DNA of 64,000 nt from the NCBI GenBank assembly GCA_029762535.1, contig JARVGK010000003.1, positions 1 through 64,000 of the forward strand. Reading direction: 5' to 3'. This DNA comes from Thermoplasmatota archaeon (GTDB lineage Archaea; Thermoplasmatota; Penumbrarchaeia; Penumbrarchaeales; Penumbrarchaeaceae). The position numbers and the translations under genes are program-made. Under the pieces are notes generated by a model that made no database searches, was not told the DNA's origin, and was given only the letters and a program-made list of their open reading frames with translations. This document shows positions 58,153-64,000 of this stretch, in pieces (the first letter of the stretch is position 1; the number at the start of each line of letters is the position of its first letter).

Positions 58153-60195
58153 TTGTACCCGGAAAGGATGGACAGGGTGGACTTGTACCTTATGAAAAAG
58201 GATGTGGAAGGGACCCTTAAAGCCCTCCATGCGTCCATGATGATCGAGGCGGTCTCCTCGAAGGTCGCCCCCAAGGCAGGTGGGAACGATCGGGCATTGT
58301 CCGAAATGAAGGCAAGGGCGGATCGTCTCATGGACTTCATCGACGAACATCGCACTAGGCCAAAGGGCATGATATCCTCCATGCTGCCCGAGGAAGGAAT
58401 GATCCTCGATATCCCGGAGAACGAGGTACGGGGATATGTTTCAAAGCGCCTCAAGATCATCGAATCATCGATCCTGCCCGTGAAGCTCGATCTGGAAAGT
58501 ATCGTGAACGATCTCGAATTCCTTTCGGATTCGATTTCCAGACTGACCCAGATATCAGGGTTGGACGTGGATATGGGATATCTGTCCGAATTCAGTTTCC
58601 TGAAGTTCCGTGTGGGTTACACTCGCAGATTCACGGAGCTCAGGGAGACAGTGGAGGCCGCCGGAGGGTCCGTTGAAGGCTCCTTGCTCGATCGCAGGGA
58701 GGGCCTGCACGCCGTGAGCGTGATCTACACGAAAAGCACCGCTCAGGTTGTGGAGGAAGCTCTCAGGGGGAGGCTCTTCACCGACATAGTCATCGATAGG
58801 GTGAGGCTCTCGAGGGTTTTGGAGAGGGGTGGCCTCTCGTCCAAAGTACTGAAAATGAGGGTTCGGGACCTGCTCCCCGAGCTCGAGAGAGCGCGTGTGG
58901 GCCTTCTGGCCAAGAGGGATTCCACAAGGGCGATGGCCTCAGCGCTCTCTTCAGATCACTATCAGGAGATGCTCTCCCTGGAGGAGGCGCTCGATGTGGA
59001 GCGTGATATGGAACTGGGCAGGGGTTACTTCGGTCATAGTAGGTATACCGCATCGATCTCAGGATGGGTGCCAAGAAGGAGGCGCAATGAGCTCATATCC
59101 ATATTCAAGGCGACCTTGGGAAGGGAATTCCAAGCCGATTTCAGGGAACCAACGGAGGATGAGATCGGTTCCGAAACGGTCCCTGTCAAGTTGCGCAACG
59201 GATGGTTGGGCGAATTGTTCGAGCCCTTGACAACGACCTTCGCCATGCCGCGCTACAACGAGATCGATCCGAGCCTCTTCATTTCAATACCATTCATACT
59301 ATTCTTTGGAATGATGATGGGCGATGCGGGATACGGCGCCCTAATATTGCTTCCTTCGATTTACCTGTATATCAAGGGAAAGCGGAGCCCCATGCTCAAG
59401 ACCACGTCCATCCTCGGGATGTTAATGGGGGTGTCGTCCATTCTTGCCGGCATATGGATGGGCGCTTTCTTCGGAGATCTCGTACCGAGGCTTTTCTACG
59501 GCGACCCCCTGAAGCCCATATACTCATTGACGATAGCCGGTTATACCCTCCCCTATGACAGCTTGAGAGACCCAATGCACCTGTTCGGAATATCGATGGC
59601 CCTCGGTCTTCTCCATATAAACCTGGGTTTCCTACTGCTCGGATACGACAGGTTGAGAAAAAAAGACATTTGGGGTTTCATCAAAGGATCGGTATCTTGG
59701 GTATTCATCCAGTCAGGTGCCGGTATCCTTCTTGGCGGAACCATGCTTCAGGCTTTCGAGGCGGGGACCGGCGTTCTCGCCGCTGGAGGCGCATTGTTCC
59801 TGATCGGGGCAGTCCTTCTGGCATTCGAAGCCAAGGTGATGACCTTTTTCTCGATCGAAGGGATAATCGGCGATGTCGTCTCATACGCCAGGATACTGGC
59901 CCTGGGCCTATCGACGTTCGGTTTGGCCATGGCGTTCAACATAATCGGAGAGATGCTAGGTGGGATGACCCCCTTGCTCTTTCCAGTGGCGGCACTGCTG
60001 CTCGCCGTGCTGCACGTGGTTAACCTGCCTATACAGATGCTCGGGGGTTTCGTGCACTCGCTCAGACTGCAGTATGTCGAATTCTTCGGCAAGTTCTACG
60101 AGGGAGGGGGCCGCAAGTTCGAGCCCTTCGGCAGGGAGAGGCAGCATACAAGATATGTCCGCATCCAAAACGCGGAGGGGGTCGGTGAACGATGA
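58153..60195 (+). CDS. atpI: A-type ATP synthase subunit I (a)
   Basis: PRYNEIDP, FFGMMMGDAGYG, SYARILALGL, HSLRLQYVEFFGKFYEGGG. Confidence 0.96.
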   Translation: MYPERMDRVDLYLMKKDVEGTLKALHASMMIEAVSSKVAPKAGGNDRALSEMKARADRLMDFIDEHRTRPKGMISSMLPEEGMILDIPENEVRGYVSKRLKIIESSILPVKLDLESIVNDLEFLSDSISRLTQISGLDVDMGYLSEFSFLKFRVGYTRRFTELRETVEAAGGSVEGSLLDRREGLHAVSVIYTKSTAQVVEEALRGRLFTDIVIDRVRLSRVLERGGLSSKVLKMRVRDLLPELERARVGLLAKRDSTRAMASALSSDHYQEMLSLEEALDVERDMELGRGYFGHSRYTASISGWVPRRRRNELISIFKATLGREFQADFREPTEDEIGSETVPVKLRNGWLGELFEPLTTTFAMPRYNEIDPSLFISIPFILFFGMMMGDAGYGALILLPSIYLYIKGKRSPMLKTTSILGMLMGVSSILAGIWMGAFFGDLVPRLFYGDPLKPIYSLTIAGYTLPYDSLRDPMHLFGISMALGLLHINLGFLLLGYDRLRKKDIWGFIKGSVSWVFIQSGAGILLGGTMLQAFEAGTGVLAAGGALFLIGAVLLAFEAKVMTFFSIEGIIGDVVSYARILALGLSTFGLAMAFNIIGEMLGGMTPLLFPVAALLLAVLHVVNLPIQMLGGFVHSLRLQYVEFFGKFYEGGGRKFEPFGRERQHTRYVRIQNAEGVGER

Positions 60196-60235
60196 ATATG
60201 AGATCAATTTCACACCATATGGTATCTAAAAACGA

Positions 60236-60982
60236 ATGGAGGATAAAGAAATGAGATGGATGTCCGTATTGATCGTGTCGATCATCGTAGCAGGAGCCCT
60301 GCTCATGGCAGGTATCGCGAACGCCGAGAGGGTCCCCGTACTCGACGAGGATAATGACGGGATGGATGACAACTGGGAGTTAGCGAATGGCCTGGACCCA
60401 ACCGTTGACGATTCCCTTGAGGACAAGGACGGAGACGGTGTCACCAACATCAAAGAGTACCTGGACTATTCGGATCCCGACGATCCAGAGGACTCCCCTA
60501 CGGTCATTTCCAACAGGAGGCTGGTCTTCATAGGCGTTGCCGTTGCGGCGGGAGTATCGGCCATCATGTCCTCGTTGGGGATAGGGATAGCAGGGGCTGC
60601 GGCCGCTGGAGTGGTCGGGGAGCGCCCCGACAAGTTCGGAAAGCTGATAATATATCAGGCGATGCCGATGACCCAGGGCATATATGGCCTTCTCATAGCC
60701 ATACTCGTACTGAACTTCACGGGACTCACCGATCTGAATATCGAGGTCCTGAAGAACCCGTTCATCGGGTGGGCGGCTCTGGGAATCGGCATTGTCATCG
60801 CCCTTTCATCATTTTCAGCGATACCGCAGGGGATGACATCCGCATCGGCCGCGGCCGCGTTCGGCAGGAACAACGCGATATTCGGCAAGGGTATGATATT
60901 CATAGTGATGTCGGAGACCCTGGCCATCTTCGGACTGCTCGTCGCCCTCTTCCTCATTCTGGCATCGGGAATGCTGGGCTGA
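60236..60982 (+). CDS. atpK: A-type ATP synthase subunit K (c), duplicated-hairpin type, with N-terminal signal peptide and acidic repeat
   Basis: SSLGIGIAG, PMTQGIYG, SAIPQG, MSETLAIFG; extra N-terminal DEDNDG..DKDGDG segment. Confidence 0.93.
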   Translation: MEDKEMRWMSVLIVSIIVAGALLMAGIANAERVPVLDEDNDGMDDNWELANGLDPTVDDSLEDKDGDGVTNIKEYLDYSDPDDPEDSPTVISNRRLVFIGVAVAAGVSAIMSSLGIGIAGAAAAGVVGERPDKFGKLIIYQAMPMTQGIYGLLIAILVLNFTGLTDLNIEVLKNPFIGWAALGIGIVIALSSFSAIPQGMTSASAAAAFGRNNAIFGKGMIFIVMSETLAIFGLLVALFLILASGMLG

Positions 60983-61005
60983 ACCGCTTCTGGAGATGTG
61001 AGGAT

Positions 61006-61617
61006 ATGGGCGTAGAGGATGTCGTTCGGAGGATCGAGGCCGAGGCGGAGGAGGAGCAAAAGGCCATCATCGACGAAGCTATGGCCAGATCAGTCGGGAT
61101 AAAGGAAGAGGAGCTGTCCAGGATCGAGAACGAGCTCAAAGAGATAAGGAGATCCTTCGAGAGGGAGAAGGCCAGCCTGGTCAATGTCTATCTGAGCGAG
61201 GGTAGAAGAAAGGCCAGGCAGGCCGTGCTCGCCGCGAAGGAGAACGTGATATGGGAGGCGGTCTCAGGCATCAGAAAAAGGTTCAGCGACCTTGATGGCT
61301 CCGAACTTGAGGCCCTCCTTCGCAAGTTCTCCGAAAGGTCAAGAAAGGGACTTGGACCGGGCATTTCCATCTATGCTGTCAGGAGGAAGGACTCGGAGAT
61401 GCTGGAGAAATGCGGGGCGGAGGTGGCAGGGATCATAGAGGGCGACGACCCGCTTCCCGATGGAATATCCCGCTTGAGATCGCGATCCCTCATGGGGGGT
61501 TTCATAGCGATCTCCAAGGATGGTAGGAGAGCCCTTGACATGACCTTCGGTGGAACGCTAGAACGGGATAAGGAGAGAGTGCGGTCAAAAATATCGGAGA
61601 TTCTCTTCAGGGAATGA
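61006..61617 (+). CDS. atpE: A-type ATP synthase subunit E
   Basis: MGVEDVVRRIEAEAEEE, MGGFIAISKDG..DMTF, ISEILF; operon position. Confidence 0.9.
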   Translation: MGVEDVVRRIEAEAEEEQKAIIDEAMARSVGIKEEELSRIENELKEIRRSFEREKASLVNVYLSEGRRKARQAVLAAKENVIWEAVSGIRKRFSDLDGSELEALLRKFSERSRKGLGPGISIYAVRRKDSEMLEKCGAEVAGIIEGDDPLPDGISRLRSRSLMGGFIAISKDGRRALDMTFGGTLERDKERVRSKISEILFRE

Positions 61618-61626
61618 GGATGTGAC

Positions 61627-62727
61627 ATGTCGCCTATTGGATTGTCCGGTCTGGTATATCCAGCCATAGCTGCTGGGGGGGCTTTGGCGGTCTCCGGAGC
61701 CGCTTTCGGGGTCAAGTACATGATAAGGCTCGGTCAGTTCTCCTACCAGAACGCCCGTTTATCGACCATTGGAAATCCTTATATCACCAGGGAGCAGTTG
61801 ATGCAATTGGTGGAGTTCGGAGATGCCGACGCTCTGTCTCGATCCCTTCAAGGGTCGTTCTCATTTAACTCCCCACCTCGTTCTTTCAGAGATGCTGATC
61901 ACCGCTTGATGGATTCATTCGCGAAGGTGATCGATGAACTCGTTAAGGATTCGCCGTCCCCGACCCATCCGAGTATAGCCCTACTTCTACTTCGATACGA
62001 GTCCATGGAGCTCAAACGCCTTCTCAGGTCCGTGGGCAGTAGCGATGGACCAATTCATCCCATCGGTTCTTTAAGGCCGGATCTTGAGATGCAGGTCCTT
62101 CGATCAGGCGGTTTGTCCCAGGCCGTAGAATGCTTGGAGCATCACCCTCTAGGCAAGGATATATCATCATTGACAAGGTCGGGAGACGTCGACCTGAGCT
62201 CATTGGACATGGCCCTTGACAGGGCGGTCATAGGGTACATGAGACGCGTTGAAGGTGTGCCAAAAATTGCAAAGAAGGGCACAATCGATCTAGGAGACAC
62301 TCTTGCTGACGCCTACAACATCAACATGATGCTGCGTTTGAAGGGGGGATCGACCGACAGGGAAAAGGCAATGACATTTGTTGTTCCCGGGGGGACGATA
62401 AGGCCGGACCGCATCGAGGGAATGGCCGAGGCGACCACGGTCCATGAGGCCGTTCAGGTCCTATCCGGGACGACCGCAGAGGAACATCTAAAGAGGTCCG
62501 AGGTCTCAGGGACCATCAATATGGACGTGGCCATGGACCGGATGGTCCTCGATGGCGCTGTGAGGATCGGACAGAGGTATTTCAGCGGAATAGGACCGAC
62601 GATAAGGCATGTGATCTCCCTGGAGATGGAGATGAGGAACCTCAGGACGTTGTTTCTCGCTTCGTTCTACGGCTGGGAAAGAGAGAGGACGATCAGCAAC
62701 CTTGTACTCCAGGAGGAGAGCGTATGA
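61627..62727 (+). CDS. atpC: A-type ATP synthase subunit C
   Basis: FSYQNARLS, EMEMRNLR; operon position. Confidence 0.88.
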   Translation: MSPIGLSGLVYPAIAAGGALAVSGAAFGVKYMIRLGQFSYQNARLSTIGNPYITREQLMQLVEFGDADALSRSLQGSFSFNSPPRSFRDADHRLMDSFAKVIDELVKDSPSPTHPSIALLLLRYESMELKRLLRSVGSSDGPIHPIGSLRPDLEMQVLRSGGLSQAVECLEHHPLGKDISSLTRSGDVDLSSLDMALDRAVIGYMRRVEGVPKIAKKGTIDLGDTLADAYNINMMLRLKGGSTDREKAMTFVVPGGTIRPDRIEGMAEATTVHEAVQVLSGTTAEEHLKRSEVSGTINMDVAMDRMVLDGAVRIGQRYFSGIGPTIRHVISLEMEMRNLRTLFLASFYGWERERTISNLVLQEESV

Positions 62728-63056
62728 TGGAAGAGAACCTCCACGCCGCTCTCGATGATGACATGGCCCTGGGCTTCTCGTTGGCGGGGGTCAAGGACAT
62801 TTTCATTGTCACGGACGGGGAGGGCGATGGCGGATTGAAGGAATGGTTCCTGTCCAGGCTGAAGGATGAGGGTGGTCTGATCATCCTCTCCATGGAAGCG
62901 GCTGAAGGACTCAGGGACGAGCTTTTCACTAAAAGGGCCAGGGGGGCGCTTTTACCTGTTGTAGTGATTCTACCCGGAAGCGGAGAGGACAGTATCGCCA
63001 AGGACCTTGTCCGGAGGGCCATTGGAATGATGCCACACGGGGAGGGAACATCATGA
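62724..63056 (+). CDS. atpF: A-type ATP synthase subunit F
   Basis: DMALGFSLAGV, PVVVILP, LVRRAIG. Confidence 0.92.
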   Translation: MMEENLHAALDDDMALGFSLAGVKDIFIVTDGEGDGGLKEWFLSRLKDEGGLIILSMEAAEGLRDELFTKRARGALLPVVVILPGSGEDSIAKDLVRRAIGMMPHGEGTS

Positions 63057-63093
63057 AGGTATTGAACGGCTCGAACATTGAGGAGGCCGGATA

Positions 63094-64000
63094 ATGAACG
63101 ATGATATGCATGGACAGGGATACATAGAGATGATCGCAGGACCGGTGGTCAAGGCCAGGGGCATGCGCGGTTCGAGGATGTACGATGTGGTGGCCGTTGG
63201 GAACGAGAAGCTCATTGGCGAGATCATCGGCCTGGAGGATGATATGGCCGTCATCCAGGTATACGAGGAGACAACAGGCATCGCCCCGGGCGAGCCGGTC
63301 TTGGCCACTGGAGTGCCCCTTTCGGTAGAGCTAGGACCTGGTATCATGTCGATGATCTACGACGGGATACAGCGTCCGCTGGAGAAGATCATGGATCGGA
63401 CAGGGGATTTCATAGCCCGGGGGGTTTCCGTAACCGCTCTGGACCATTCCCGCAAATGGCATTTCGTTCCGGTATGCTCCCAGGGGGATAGGCTGTTCGG
63501 GGGGGACGAGATGGGAAACGTCAAGGAGACCCCCACCGTCCTTCACCGGATACTTGTACCTTCGGGAGCGGACGGCACGGTGGATTGGGTCGCTCCAGAA
63601 GGGGATTACGATATAGATGAGGCCATTTGCCGTCTCAAAACATCTTCGGGCCAAAGGGAGCTGAACATGCATCAGAAATGGCCTGTCAGGATGGCGAGGC
63701 CCTACAGGAGCAAGCTCGATCCGGCTAGGCCGTTGATCACTGGTCAGAGAGTACTTGACACATTCTTTCCGCTCACCAAGGGCGGAACCGCGGCAATACC
63801 CGGAGGATTCGGCACTGGAAAGACGGTCACCCAGCATCAACTGGCGAAATGGTCCGATGCGGACATTATAGTTTACATCGGTTGCGGAGAAAGGGGAAAC
63901 GAGATGACGGATGTATTGAGGGAGTTCCCCCATCTCGAGGATCCTCGGACCAAGGAGCCTCTGATGTCGAGGACCGTGCTTATAGCTAACACCTCGAACA
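63094..64000 (+). CDS. atpA: A-type ATP synthase subunit A (5' part; runs off the window and is absent from the ORF track)
   Basis: GAGGAGG SD, then [21 protein letters not shown]; [48 protein letters not shown]. Confidence 0.96.
   Translation, partial: MNDDMHGQGYIEMIAGPVVKARGMRGSRMYDVVAVGNEKLIGEIIGLEDDMAVIQVYEETTGIAPGEPVLATGVPLSVELGPGIMSMIYDGIQRPLEKIMDRTGDFIARGVSVTALDHSRKWHFVPVCSQGDRLFGGDEMGNVKETPTVLHRILVPSGADGTVDWVAPEGDYDIDEAICRLKTSSGQRELNMHQKWPVRMARPYRSKLDPARPLITGQRVLDTFFPLTKGGTAAIPGGFGTGKTVTQHQLAKWSDADIIVYIGCGERGNEMTDVLREFPHLEDPRTKEPLMSRTVLIANTSN

Noticed and set aside
60769-61005. N-terminal extension of the subunit E ORF
   Set aside because: It overlaps subunit K in another frame; the typical E start MGVEDVV is at 61006.

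Overview
Archaeal chromosomal window, most likely a Thermoplasmatota-type anaerobe. This is inferred from an A-type ATP synthase operon, ABCE1/RLI, aconitase X, DUF371, a bat-type HTH regulator and many membrane-anchored surface proteins. It holds about 50 supportable CDSs and two intact tRNA genes, Arg-TCG at 32051-32124 and Thr-GGT at 49390-49464, both on the - strand. Five observations stand out. (1) Both tRNA genes sit inside arrays of palindromic, tRNA-derived repeat units. The two arrays share a ~72-76 nt twin-hairpin module (a GAAAAT..ATTTT hairpin plus a 10-bp stem with a 24-nt loop, with compensatory stem changes), inserted into the T-loop in opposite orientations at the two loci. This looks like an undescribed tRNA-targeting miniature element or a tRNA-like ncRNA array. 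(2) A translationally coupled three-gene operon links a zinc-ribbon membrane protein, a membrane protein ending in (Cys-Ala)6-GGGR, and a PqqD/RRE-radical SAM-SPASM enzyme, a candidate RiPP-like modification system. (3) A close-looking homologue of the NpmA/KamB 16S rRNA m1A1408 aminoglycoside-resistance methyltransferase lies in a native-looking archaeal operon. (4) The ATP synthase rotor subunit K has a Na+-type binding motif and is fused to an extracellular acidic Ca-binding-like repeat, and an atpB gene lies outside the operon. (5) A hicBA islet is bracketed by a duplicated 3' end of the aconitase X gene. All family assignments come from motif recognition by eye; no database searches were run.
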